DNA from: Holosporales bacterium
GTDB taxonomy: Bacteria; Pseudomonadota; Alphaproteobacteria; UBA3830; JAIRMZ01
Assembly: GCA_031266655.1 (NCBI GenBank)
Contig: JAISAP010000059.1
Location: 1-49,542 of the forward strand
Direction of reading: 5' to 3'
DNA: 49,542 nucleotides
The translations under genes and the position numbers were made by a program. The notes under the pieces were generated by a model. It saw nothing but the letters and a program-made list of their open reading frames with translations, ran no database searches and was not told the origin of the DNA. Shown here one piece after another: positions 20,117 to 30,870 of this stretch (position 1 is its first letter; every line of letters starts with the position of its first letter).

Positions 20117-21466
20117 TCAGGGTGAGGGCTTGCAATGGTGCATACGGTCGATAGGTGAAGAAGAGGCTGGGCGAGAGCCTTGAGTTCCGATGTTGGAGGG
20201 GGCGACTCCCTTGGAGACGTCATACATAAATACGGCTTTATCGTCTATGCACGTAGAAGAGTTTTCTATTCCCTTTCCGAATTGTGTCGTACTGAGGATG
20301 GTCTTCCCAACAACATACCTACCATCCTCACCGGTCCTTATGGCCCACAAATTATGAAACAGCACGGGATAGCCATTAAAACTCCCAACATACAGCATAA
20401 CATGGCCTTTACAGCCAATCACAGTCAAAAAGGGAGTCGCATTTTCCTTGAGAAAGTTTGCTTTATCACGTCCTTTGAGGCTGATGAATTTTTGAGGATC
20501 ACAATGGATATATATCGATCCATTGGCCCCAAATACCGCCATAAAATCGCGGATGGTCTGTGCGCAATCTCTGTTTTCCAGAAAGCCACCCCATCCATAC
20601 TTTGTCCCCAGTAATTTCTTGGATAGTGCAAGAATATGGTCTTCCGTGAATCGATAGGGTTTTTCGACGAAGGCAATAGTTCTACAGAATCTCAACTCTG
20701 CAAATCCGTCCTTTTTGAAACTTGGCACAAGAACTCCATCGGTTGCTTTGGGCAATAGCATGCCGATATGACTCATGCCCAAAAACTGATGGTTCTCCGT
20801 TAAGAGTGGACAACCATCCTCAATGGCTACCGATAATTTGTGGCTGAAGTACGATTTTATGAAATTTTCATCGACAAAAGCCACATCATTGGCTTTCACC
20901 CAGGCCACGAAACGATAATTACCCACGAGGAACCAAGCCCTATCAAAGCTGACATGGAGGATGCGCAAAGGAGTTCCCAGATAAATCATGCTTGCAATAT
21001 TGTCGTTGAAGGGATAGGAAGTTCCAGGCTTTCTGATATCCCTAAAGAAAGGTTTCTCAGTAGGGGCCCGGTAAGCCATCGTCGTTCGGATGGCAATGGC
21101 CTTCACCTTTATGGAAGGGGCCAGAGATAAAGCAGCATTTTCCTCTAGCTTTTTCCTTTCTTGAGGACGCCATTTGTGAAGGTTTTCCGCATGGCCACTG
21201 GGTGCTGCGAGGTGCAGTTTGTCTATAATGGGAGAGAAATCATCCATCCAAGGAGCGTAAAACATTCTGTTGTAAGCCTCATTGGACGTTTGCTGATTTT
21301 TTTCCAAAAAGGCCTTTGACGCAATATCCGCCGATTCCTTCAATAGATTTATGTCCTGTGGGATATTTTTTGAGAGCACTTCATCGAGACCGGCATCGAC
21401 TACACACAATTCTTCTCTGGAGCAGGAAGAAAGGAGAAACAAGAGCAAAAATGGCCACCCTCGCAT
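20117..21466 (-). CDS. NlpC/P60 family lipoprotein with N-terminal stabilising and SH3-like domains (peptidoglycan endopeptidase)
   Basis: Lipobox LLSSC; GTPLRILHVSFDRAWFLV (SH3-like); catalytic region YGWGGFLENRDCA and GHVMLYVG. Confidence 0.88.
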   Translation of the reverse strand: MRGWPFLLLFLLSSCSREELCVVDAGLDEVLSKNIPQDINLLKESADIASKAFLEKNQQTSNEAYNRMFYAPWMDDFSPIIDKLHLAAPSGHAENLHKWRPQERKKLEENAALSLAPSIKVKAIAIRTTMAYRAPTEKPFFRDIRKPGTSYPFNDNIASMIYLGTPLRILHVSFDRAWFLVGNYRFVAWVKANDVAFVDENFIKSYFSHKLSVAIEDGCPLLTENHQFLGMSHIGMLLPKATDGVLVPSFKKDGFAELRFCRTIAFVEKPYRFTEDHILALSKKLLGTKYGWGGFLENRDCAQTIRDFMAVFGANGSIYIHCDPQKFISLKGRDKANFLKENATPFLTVIGCKGHVMLYVGSFNGYPVLFHNLWAIRTGEDGRYVVGKTILSTTQFGKGIENSSTCIDDKAVFMYDVSKGVAPSNIGTQGSRPASSSPIDRMHHCKPSP

Positions 21467-21543
21467 TGCTCACTCCGCACTACACCACTTTTAGTTGATG
21501 CTCACGTGTTTTTCCACCTTTTTGTAAGAACTCTTATGATGTC

Positions 21544-21635
21544 TGGCGGAGGGAAAGGGATTCGAACCCTTGATACAGCTTGCGCCGTATAACGGTTTAG
21601 CAAACCGTCGCCTTCAGCCTCTCGGCCACCCCTCC
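21544..21635 (-). tRNA. tRNA-Ser (anticodon GCT)
   Basis: Minus strand GGAGGGGTGGCCGAGAGGCTGAAGGC-GACGGT-TTGCTAA-ACCGT, long variable arm, GGTTCGAATCCC, ends CCGCCA. Confidence 0.96.
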
Positions 21636-21682
21636 TGAGTCATGCCCAGTGTGTTGCTCCTATCCTCCTCCGTCAAGAGGGG

Positions 21683-23120
21683 TCAAGGTGATAGTGGGCT
21701 GGGACCCATAGGAGGGGGAATGGCTGTGAAGGCTTCTTCGACGGATTCGTTAAGGGGGCCTTCGAAAGAAACGGTGTGCTCAAGGTCTGGCGTAGGGTCG
21801 AAGCTGAGCAAGGTCTCTGCCACACGGCGGAGATACGCTAGGACGTTCTCCTTGGTGACGCGATGCTTCCCCACCCTCATGGCCTTTAGGATATAGCGAG
21901 CGACTCCAATGCCGTAATGTCCAGCATCCATGTAATTCGCTGTGTTGCAAACGATTTCTGGTACATCGTCAAAGGCGTAAATATGGATGTTGGGGAAGTG
22001 CTCTACGGCATTGAGCAGATACAAAAGGCCTCCGATGTACGAGGTAAAAGATCCTTTGTTGGCCAGGCAGATTGCGCAATGAGGAGGGATGAAAAAATGG
22101 AAGGTAATGTCGGGACGTTTGGCTATGGTCTCAAGGAGATAATCGAACATCCTGGGTACGGTGTTAAACCGTGCATGAACGTCTGAAAGATCGTGCGTCT
22201 TGACGAACTCAGCTATTTCCAGAAGCTCAGGACGCGCCGCTTGTAATGTGTGAGAATACTGAGAGGTGGTAGAGCAAAAGGTACGGAAACGGCGTGTGTA
22301 GCAGTTAAAGCAGTACTCATATCCGCTGTCTTGTTCGGTTCCACGGAGTCTTTGGAAAAAATGTCCTCCCCACAGTTTCTTCTCGTCTCTTCCACTAAGC
22401 AGGTGTACTACTTTGACAATTTTTACGCAGGTTTCCTCTGACAAAGGAAGCATTTCAGCGAGTTTAAGATTAAAAATTTTCAGGGCCAGATTTTGTACGG
22501 ACCTATTCCTGAATAAACGAAGTTTTTTCTCACGATCTTCTCGAGAATTGCCAAATAGAAACGATGGAAATCTCCCTATTTGTCCCCACCCCCCCCCCCC
22601 CCTGGAAATTCATTTCCATTTTGACGGATTGAAAGAAATGACCATCCAAAGACTGCACGACGGTACGCAGGACCGGAGACTTTAGGACAATGTCATAAAT
22701 TTTTATCATTTCATCCCAGCCCATACCGCATAAACTCACGTTTATGGCGCGATCGAATCCTCCAAGCTGTTCTGCTTCCTGCCGCAGAATGTTGCCAGCC
22801 ATGGAAGTTCCAAAAATCATTGTACTTTTATCTTTCTTTCGGAAAAAATGTCTCTGGATGGATCCATAAGCAGCCATCCTCTCATCCCAGATAGCGTATA
22901 ACGGTATCTTCAAGGGCTGGTCGCTGAATATTTGAAGGGGATCGGCCCAGAAGGTGAGAATAAGGGGAAGAGAGGGATACACAAGGCAGCAGAAGATGAG
23001 AATCCGCGTATGGAATCTCGGGTACCGTGTTCCTTTCAGGGGTAGCAGTCTGCCAGGAAACCACCAACACGATGTTCGCGTCATAGGCGACAAACTCGCA
23101 CAGGGCGCGCAATGACGCAA
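21683..23120 (-). pseudogene. Membrane-anchored SGNH/DltD-like protein, out of frame at a G14 tract (phase-variable candidate; start uncertain, possibly 23084)
   Basis: The upstream ORF (TM helix, DPLQIF, IFGTSMAGN) and downstream ORF (FFIPP, NYMDAGHY) join if the C14 run at 22589-22602 is 13 or 16 long. The downstream frame is open from the tract (WGQIGRFPSFLFGNSRED...). Confidence 0.78.
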
Positions 23121-23163
23121 TGGGGAACTGGCCTATGGAAGTTGGCCGGAACGCTCGAACGTT

Positions 23164-24465
23164 CTAGTACATCCAGGATACGGACACCGAGAAGTTTGCT
23201 CCGTAGTCCTTTCTCAGGTTAGGAGAGTGGCGTTCGCCTAAGAGGCTCTTCTCGGAGTAGAGACCGACATCGGCTCCCAACGCTATTCTCTGAGAGACGG
23301 GTATTCTCACAGAAGCCTCTGCATCAAACCCGAGACCAAAGGTAAAAGCGCAGGCGTAAGACATGTTATGCCACGTCTCTCCCAGCGTCTGCCTGACGCC
23401 CACATTAAATTCCCTGGCAGAATGCCCGTAAACGATATATTCGGCGCCAAAAGTCAGATCGAGATGGTGGCAAATGTTGTACTCGCTGATGGTCCGAAAC
23501 GAGACTCCCTTGGTCGTGAGGTAAGAGCAGGTATCCGGAACCCTCAGTCCCCAAAGCGCAAAATGCCGGATAGGTTGCTCCTTCCCCAGGAAGATATTCC
23601 AGGAAGCGCACGCCATGTAGTAGGTGGTTCCACTCACAGCAACAGAGATCCATCCTGCGCGCTGGATATCAGAAAGCGTCGCGGGGATGCCCAGCGCTTG
23701 GTAAGAATAAACCACCGTATAGGGGTCGTCTCCGAGTGCTTTTGCCTTCGCAGCATACGCCGCTCCATACACCTTGTTGGAGAAATAAGACCAACACTCG
23801 AGAGAAGACATGCTTTCCTGAGCAAATGTCCGATCACTCACCAGCTCGGAAAGGTACACGTTGTTGTTGATTCCACCAGCGCCGGAAATAATCGCTTTTT
23901 TGTGATAGCTCTCGAAGTCTTTGCTCTTTTCCCCGTAGAGGTCAGCATTCCGATGTGTCTCGCTGCGTTCCTCGGACAAGTAGTGACATGCAGCCCTCCC
24001 CGGGCTCACAAGTTCCAGCAAGAAGAACTTGAAGAAATTCTCATTCTTTTTTGTGGGGCTTGTCGCCTTAATATCGTGCATAAGGGCATAGGCACCATCG
24101 CTGTATGTTGCACGCAGCCTGAGACCGTGTCCCGCTTCATGGAGCGCGGTTCCGTACTTGAAATCAATCCACATGCTCGATACCCGCCACACGGCAATGA
24201 TAATCCAAGGTGATGAGGCAAGAAGATTGTCAACATGAGCCCCTAAACGTATAACTTCCAGGCAAAATCCCGCTAGTTGTTTGTTGGTGTACATTTTCTC
24301 GAAATAAGCAGAGCTAAACGTCAGGCTATCTTTTGGCTTCTCTGTGGGAGGTGCAGGAGGACCAGTCTCTGCCTCGGAAGGAAGGACGGGACTTTCTGCA
24401 GGAGCACTTCCCCCAGCGCACAGAGAAAACAGGGAGGCGACGACCACCAGGAGAGCTTTCAGCAT
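23164..24465 (-). CDS. Exported/outer-membrane hypothetical protein, paralogue 3 (HEAGH motif)
   Basis: Same family as 17312 and 18576. Start set at MLKALLVVVASLFSL by homology to paralogue 1, with which it shares a ~40-bp upstream sequence (CCTTGACTCATC..GGAGACT). Confidence 0.82.
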   Translation of the reverse strand: MLKALLVVVASLFSLCAGGSAPAESPVLPSEAETGPPAPPTEKPKDSLTFSSAYFEKMYTNKQLAGFCLEVIRLGAHVDNLLASSPWIIIAVWRVSSMWIDFKYGTALHEAGHGLRLRATYSDGAYALMHDIKATSPTKKNENFFKFFLLELVSPGRAACHYLSEERSETHRNADLYGEKSKDFESYHKKAIISGAGGINNNVYLSELVSDRTFAQESMSSLECWSYFSNKVYGAAYAAKAKALGDDPYTVVYSYQALGIPATLSDIQRAGWISVAVSGTTYYMACASWNIFLGKEQPIRHFALWGLRVPDTCSYLTTKGVSFRTISEYNICHHLDLTFGAEYIVYGHSAREFNVGVRQTLGETWHNMSYACAFTFGLGFDAEASVRIPVSQRIALGADVGLYSEKSLLGERHSPNLRKDYGANFSVSVSWMY

Positions 24466-24590
24466 TTCCAAAGTCTCCGGGTTCAGGCGAGATGAGTCAA
24501 GGGGCTTTGCAGCTAAGAGACCTTTATTGACTGCGTGGATTGATGCCACCGCCCTTCCTGCGTTATGCTCGCGTGCTGAGTGAGTAACCG

Positions 24591-24845
24591 ATGGAACCTG
24601 AGACCCGGGATGAGTCCTCTTTTGAGCTGGCGCTTGCTGGTCTTGAGGAAGTTGTGAAAAAGCTAGAGGAGGGGCGCGTTTCCCTGGAGGAGGCGGTGGC
24701 TCTCTATGAGAAAGGATCCCACCTCAGAAAATGTTGCGCGGAAAAGCTACAAAAGGCTCAGATGAAGATTGACAAAATCGTTGAGCAAGAGGCGGCTGCG
24801 CCTACGCCCCCAGAAGGAGATGTTCCTTCCTTGCCTTTGGAGTAG
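24591..24845 (+). CDS. xseB: Exodeoxyribonuclease VII small subunit
   Basis: SFELALAGLEEVVKKLEEGRVSLEEAVALYEKG signature. Confidence 0.93.
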   Translation: MEPETRDESSFELALAGLEEVVKKLEEGRVSLEEAVALYEKGSHLRKCCAEKLQKAQMKIDKIVEQEAAAPTPPEGDVPSLPLE

Positions 24846-24848
24846 GGC

Positions 24849-25727
24849 GTGCGAGTCCTCTCTGCCGCCCCTCTCCTTCAAGACATGCTCCCTGAGATTA
24901 GCGCGCGCGTGCAAAAGTTTAGGGCGGGTAGCGGCAGGCCACCGAAAGTTGCATTGATTCGCGTGGGGGACGATCCGGCGAGTACGATCTACCTCAAGAC
25001 CAAAATGAATCGCGCCCACAAGATTGGCATAGACTCAGAGCTCTTTGCGTATCCTGAGGCGGTGGCCGAAGAGGAAGTGGTGGCGCGCATACAACACCTC
25101 AACCAAGAGCCCTCTGTGGATGGCATTTTGGTGCAGTTACCCCTGCCTGACCCTTTGTCGGAAAAGAGCATTCTCGACAAGATTGTACCGGAAAAAGATG
25201 TAGACGGATTGACAACAGTTACGCAGGGACGCCTTTTCCGAGGTGATGCTTGTCTGGCTCCTTGTACAGCGCAGGGGATCGTCCGACTGCTCAAAACGGC
25301 GCATGTCAACATGGCGGGGAAGCATGCCGTTATCGTCGGGCGGTCTCTTATCGTCGGGCGACCGCTGGCCATGATGCTTCTCCACGAGAATTGTACGGTG
25401 ACGGTAGCGCACTCTCAGTCGCGCAATGTTGCCACCTTGTGTCGGGGGGCGGATATCCTGATCTCCTCTGTCGGCAGCCCGGGTTTTGTCACCCCCGAGT
25501 TCGTCAAAGAGGGAGCAACGGTGATCGATGTGGGGATTTCTCGGAGTTGTTCTCCAGATGGGACCAAGTGTGTCGTCGGAGATGTCGATTTCAGGGCCGT
25601 AGCGCCCTTGTGCGAGTTCATCACTCCCGTGCCGGGAGGCGTAGGGCCGATGACGGTAGAATGCCTGATGCAGAACGTTGTGGAGGCGGCGGAACATCTC
25701 TGGAACGGAGGTTCGGCGTCAGAGTAG
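24849..25727 (+). CDS. folD: Bifunctional methylenetetrahydrofolate dehydrogenase/cyclohydrolase
   Basis: DGILVQLPLP, KDVDG, PCTAQG, GRSLIVGRP and ITPVPGGVGPMT. Confidence 0.97.
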   Translation: MRVLSAAPLLQDMLPEISARVQKFRAGSGRPPKVALIRVGDDPASTIYLKTKMNRAHKIGIDSELFAYPEAVAEEEVVARIQHLNQEPSVDGILVQLPLPDPLSEKSILDKIVPEKDVDGLTTVTQGRLFRGDACLAPCTAQGIVRLLKTAHVNMAGKHAVIVGRSLIVGRPLAMMLLHENCTVTVAHSQSRNVATLCRGADILISSVGSPGFVTPEFVKEGATVIDVGISRSCSPDGTKCVVGDVDFRAVAPLCEFITPVPGGVGPMTVECLMQNVVEAAEHLWNGGSASE

Positions 25728-25755
25728 GAGGGCCGATGGCCCTACTCAGGAAAGG

Positions 25756-26697
25756 ATGAAAAAACAGGCAGCAACCACAAAACCGCTCGTGATTGTCGCA
25801 TACGACGCGGAGTGGCCTCGGTTTTTCCATGAGGAAGCCGAAAGAATCAAGGCTTTCATGGGAGAGACGGTTGCAGATCTTCATCATATCGGGTCTACGT
25901 CTGTTCCCGGCCTTTCTGCAAAACCGATCGTGGATATGCTCCTTGTCACGCGTGACCTTGAAGAGGCAAGGCAGCATCTGACCAGTAGTGAGCTGGGATA
26001 TCGGTACAAAGGCGAGTACAATTTGCCTCTGAGGGACTTGTACGGGAAAAGTGGACCGTGCGAGACTTATCTCCATGTTCACCAGGTTGGAAACCCCGAG
26101 ATAGCGTTGAATGTGCTGTTTAGGGATTTTTTGAGAGACCACCGTGATGCCCGCGAACACTATGAGCGTGCCAAGCTGGCCGCTAGCCAATCCAGCGGAG
26201 CCGGAGACAAGGTGGAAGCTGGGATAACACAGTATAACTTGAGGAAAAACGACAGTATTGTCTCTATCTTACGGAATACCGGTTTTGACAGTTTATGTGT
26301 GAGATTTGTGGCGCAGCATAGGGAACACGAGGCTTTTGAGCAGTTCAGGTCGGAGTTCTTCGAGCAAATAGGCGGAGGCGATCTGACAGAAGTTTCTGCG
26401 GAGAGCAAGAAATTTGTCTTGTATCAAGGAACGGAGATCATAGGATCTGCCGGATTGTCTGATGGAGGAGCTGGGAGAGCTTCTATAGATTTTGCGATCT
26501 CTGAGACGCCGGAAGGATTTCTAAGGCTGTTGCAAGTCATTGAGGCTTGGGTAATGCTGAGGATGCAGGCGGATAGTTTGTCCGCTGTCGCGTTGCAGGA
26601 GCAATCCGCACTCTACGTATCAGCCGGCTTTGTCGCCTTGCAGGGTGCTAGGGGTTCTGGGAAGGTGCCTGTATGGAAGAGAATCCTCAACGCTTGA
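25756..26697 (+). CDS. GrpB (UPF0157) family protein with C-terminal extension (possibly GNAT-like)
   Basis: YDAEWP..F..E, HIGSTSVPGLSAKPIVD, HVH, FRDFLR and YERAK; ATG 25756 follows AGGAAAGG. Confidence 0.85.
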   Translation: MKKQAATTKPLVIVAYDAEWPRFFHEEAERIKAFMGETVADLHHIGSTSVPGLSAKPIVDMLLVTRDLEEARQHLTSSELGYRYKGEYNLPLRDLYGKSGPCETYLHVHQVGNPEIALNVLFRDFLRDHRDAREHYERAKLAASQSSGAGDKVEAGITQYNLRKNDSIVSILRNTGFDSLCVRFVAQHREHEAFEQFRSEFFEQIGGGDLTEVSAESKKFVLYQGTEIIGSAGLSDGGAGRASIDFAISETPEGFLRLLQVIEAWVMLRMQADSLSAVALQEQSALYVSAGFVALQGARGSGKVPVWKRILNA

Positions 26698-26755
26698 CCT
26701 TTCTATCGGTTGATCTAGGGGGAGTCTTAATGTGCGCCTGCGCGAGCCTTTCCGC

Positions 26756-27710
26756 TTGATACAGGTGCACCCCTGGGGGTTCCAGCGTAAGACATGTGTA
26801 GATGTATCATCTGTTAGTGTAAGGGCATCTACTGACCCTATAATTTGCTGGAATGGAGCCGATACCGCTCTCTGTAGTTGCAGGTTGTACGTAAGGCGTA
26901 TGTAGGAGTATCCGTCTGGAAGCTTTTATACAAGGTGGTGTTGGTGTATGTGCTCCCTTAATACCAATGTATTCCTTGGAAGGTTATACGTAACGCTGGT
27001 GTAGGGACGTCATCAAGGCCCAGCGGCATTCAGCCGCGGCTGAAGGCGAACGAGGGTTCATAGGCTGTTGGAAAATGTTCTGCGTAGTTACTCTGAACTT
27101 GATACAGATCTCTACAGTTGAAGTTTGTACGTAACGCTGATTTAGGGTTATCGTCGCCTTTGTGACTTTATCAGACCAAAAAAAGGTGTCACAAAGGCCC
27201 CGCGTCCTCTTCTGTGGGATGCGGTTCTCCATACGCCTAATACAGGATATACCTTAAGAGTTTTTACGTAACGCTGGTGTAGAATAACCCGCTTCCACTT
27301 CGATACAAGTGTATTTTTCTAGAGTGCTAGCGTAACGTTGGTGTAGGATCATCTGCGTTGAAGTTTCGGGCACAAGATCTGTGTGGGTGTATCTACTACT
27401 TTGATACCAGTGTATTCCTGGAGGGTTCTAGCGTGACGCTGGTGTGAGTGCATCATTGCCCTTGCGACTGTAGGAATAAATAGAGTTCGCAAGGGCCCCA
27501 CAGCGGTTAGCTGCGGCTATTACGGACTTGGCACAAGAGTTTGCTTTGAAGTTTTTCCCGCAAGACTTATATCGGTGCATCCAGTATCTCAGTACAGAAC
27601 TCTGCAGTTGCAGGTTTTGCGTAACGTTGGTGTAGGAGTATCCACGCCCTCATGACCGCATGTAACAAGCAAGATTGGCATGAGGGCTCCTGCAGCATTG
27701 TGCCGTAGTT
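26756..27710 (+). repeat. Structured non-coding repeat array A (core motif + double hairpin)
   Basis: About 9 copies of RRYAC-N23/24-CGYRA-N6-TGTAG-like cores (starts ~26758, 26861, 26960, 27101, 27239, 27302, 27403, 27530, 27591) and 3 hairpin modules (27156-27198, 27458-27496, 27646-27687). Confidence 0.85.
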
Positions 27711-27887
27711 AAAGTGATAGAAAGGGGCAGTTTTCCCCTTGCCCTGCGTTGTTGAATCCTTCCGCAAGCTCTTTTGACTCCCCCCTTTGTCTTGCTGAGT
27801 CCCGCTACGATCTATGAAGGTACCTCTCCATTGTCTCTACACACTCGAAAGTTTCTCTCTGCAGCTCCTCTCTTTTGATATCGGCCA

Positions 27888-28083
27888 GTTCGGTGCGGCA
27901 TGCATTCTCTCTTTTCTGCGCCGTTCACAGCCCTTTTCTTTCTCCTTGCGACTTATTTTCTCCCAATATACACAGTATTTTTATTATTTCACCTCATTTG
28001 ACAATTTTATTTATTCTTTTTTAACCTATTGCGCATAATTTATTATCCAATACGATAGATTCGTGCAAAAAGGAAGAGAGAAG
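27888..28083 (+). promoter_or_regulatory. Conserved AT-rich upstream region of flgE-like copy 1
   Basis: Near-identical inverted copy at ~32877-33074. Contains TTGACA (27998; CTGACA in copy 2), TTAACC, CATAAT and a purine-rich RBS-like GGAAGAGAGAAG. Confidence 0.65.
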
Positions 28084-29938
28084 ATGTCTTTGTTTAATAC
28101 CATGGGAGTATCTGTAGCAGGATTCCGCGCACAAGCGAAGAGGATGGCTACGATAGCGGATAATGTCAGCAACAGTGACACGATGGGCTATAAGACGCGT
28201 TCAGTTGCCTTCACTCCCCAAATAAATGGCCGGGGGGGGGGGCAGCTCCTTAAATAAAGGAACTTCCAATAATTATCTTCCATTTATTGGCAATAATAAT
28301 TCTTCTTCCAATTCTAGCTACTCCAGCTCTGGCGTTTCTGCACATATGCTAATGCATCTCCAAGAGCAAGGAGAGCTACAGCGCACCGACCGTCCTCTAG
28401 ATCTTGCCGTAGACGGAGAGGGCTTACTCCTCGTTAAAGACAAAAGCGGAGCCCTCGGAGGTGCCAGGACAGGAACCTTCCATGTTACTAAAGAAGGGCT
28501 TATTCAAGACGCACAAGGCCTCACCCTCCAAGGCTGGCCTTTACTGCCAGAAGGAACCGCAGGATCTAGTTCTGCAAAAGCTGCTGCGACCCAGGCTGTC
28601 CAATCTGCTCCGCCCCCTTCCTCTGCTACTGCTGTAGGCTCTCTGGGAGACCTTGAAGACGTCCATCTCCTCCTTCCACCAGGAGAGGTCTCCGCCTCTA
28701 CCGCGAAGGCATCGCACCCTCATGAGTCCCGCTTTAGGGAAACAGGATTAACAATCCAAAAGCAAGATGATGGTCTGTACTCTCTCTGTAACTCCGAGAT
28801 CCAGGTGAACGGCTTTTACGAAAGTACTTATGCCCAGCACACCTTTGTGGACTCTCTCGGGAGTGAACGCGTAGTAGATATAAAAGTGCAGAAGCTTCCG
28901 CATCCATCTCCCTCCACGTCCTTTTTTCTTCAATCTTCCGGTCTTGATGCAGAACTTGTATTACGTGCCGATGGGGTCTTGCAATGCGAAGCGGGGTGCA
29001 CTTTTGACAATACCACCAAGCAGGTGACTGTTACCTTCCCTGATACCGGGGCAGAGTTAACGCTCGACATAAGCAACGTCCAAATGCCCATGGGGAGCTG
29101 TTCCCCTCCCACCTCTGAAGGTGTCTTCTCTTGGGACTTTCCCCCCATGATTCTTGAAAAGGGTACCTATCTTGTAGAACATATGCTCATTCTCGACCAT
29201 CATGACGTGTGGGGTATTTCCGGTATGGCTTTGCTGGTAAAAAAGAACGAGGATGGCTCCTTTGGGGGGACCCTCTATGAAGGGGACGTCCGTATAGATC
29301 TCCACTTCGATGACCATGGTTGGGTATCGAGTTATAAGTTCACGCATAACGGCAACAATGAAAGTGTAGGGATCGAACAGACCGGAGAGATCATAAAGGG
29401 GGTGAACTTCGGCAACGGCGCTACCACAATCGACATCGATTTGAGTGCCTTTCGGCTGATCAATAGGACGGGCTCCAATCTCGTCGTCAATGGAAACACC
29501 ATAAAGCCAGTCGACTCCTCTGGAGAGGATGAAACTGCCGGTGCCGTTTCTGGAGATGCTCTCTCAGGGAGCTCCCTCACTGCGGTTCCACCTCCACCTT
29601 CTTCTCTTTCTATCGACGAGAACGGCGTATTAAGTCGTCTTAAGGATAACGGAGACTGGGAGCCACTCTACCTCCTGACCTGCTGTCAGTTTGCAGCGAT
29701 GAACGCTGCAGAAGAACGTAATGGCGTCTACTACGCGACTCCCGCCTCAGGGGTTCTCCGAACTGGAGTCTCGGGGCAAGAAGGCATGGGGACGATCACT
29801 GCGGGCACTCTAGAACGCTCCACCACAGACCTCGCCCATGAACTCTCCGAAATGATCAAAGCCCAACACGCCTACGCTGCTAATACCAAAGTCCTCTCTA
29901 CCATCGACGATATGCTCACAGAGCTCGAGAGATTGTAG
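28084..29938 (+). pseudogene. flgE: Flagellar hook FlgE-like protein, copy 1, out of frame at G11 (phase-variable candidate)
   Basis: N-terminus MSLFNTMGVSVAGF...IADNVSNSDTMGYK; DLAVDGEG, RTGTF and LQGWP; C-terminus LERSTTDLAHELSEMIKAQHAYAANTKV. G11 at 28232-28242 leads to a stop at 28257; G10 or G13 restores the frame. Confidence 0.85.
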
Positions 29939-29957
29939 AGGAGAGGGGGGAGAACTC

Positions 29958-30870
29958 AGCAGCGCCACCTGTTGTGGAGCAACTGATACAGACTTAGTAG
30001 GAGCGTTTACGCTGAAGTTTTTCTTACAAGACGTACATCGGTGTGTTTGCTACCTTAATACAAGTGTGTTCCTCGAGAGTTCTAGCGTAACGTTGGTGTA
30101 GAGTTATCGTTAGCCTTTGTGCCCTTACTAAACTGGATTAATGTCACAAAGGCCCCGCGCCCTTTGTGGGGCGCGGTTATCTCATGAGCTCAGCACAAGC
30201 GTTTATGTTGAAGTTTTTCTTGCAAGATCTGTGCAGGCACGTCCGCCACCTTCATACAAGTGTCCTGCTAGGGACTCTAGCTTAATGTTGGTGTAGGGTC
30301 ACCGTCGCCCTTGCGTCCACTCAAGGTGGACAGGGTTCGCAAGGGCCGCTGCGGCATCATGGCGCGGCTACCATGGACTTAATACGGGTGTACCCCTCTG
30401 AAGTTTGAGTGCAAGGCCTACATCTATGTTCTTGCGCCAACTGAAAGTGAATACGATCCGCAAAGGCTCCGCGTCCCCTTCTATGGGGCGCGGTTATTAC
30501 GGATTCAGTATAGATGTTTATGCTGCGGCTTTGATCGTAGAACGTATATCGGAACGTCTACCACCTCCATACAAGTGCACTGCTAGGGATTCTAGCGTAA
30601 CGCTGGTGTAAAAGGAGCATTGCCCTCATGACCTTATTTTGTAGCAAAAGATGGCATGAGGGCCCTGCGCCCTTATAGGGCGCGGTCGAAAGTGAATGGA
30701 GCTCTACATACTTCTGACAAGTGCTCGGTGCAGCCACGTGGACCTCCATACAAGAGTACTTCTTCAGAGTTCTAGCGTAACGTTGGTGTAGGATTATCAT
30801 CGCCTTTGTGCCATGATCAATTCAAACAAAGCGCACAAAGACTCCGCGCCATCTATTATGGCGCGGTTCA
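29958..30870 (+). repeat. Structured non-coding repeat array B between the convergent flgE-like 3' ends
   Basis: Two core variants largely alternate (CGTAACGYTGGTGTA at 30086, 30596, 30776; TGAAGTTT..CAAG type at ~29996, 30192, 30381). Five double-hairpin modules at 30113, 30307, 30431, 30622 and 30802; full units are ~180-195 bp. Confidence 0.87.

Noticed and set aside
26984-30800. Short minus-strand ORFs sharing LHQRY (26984..27232, 27567..27767, 30558..30800)
   Set aside because: They are translations of the repeat core; other copies have stops, and 23/24-nt length variation breaks the frame.
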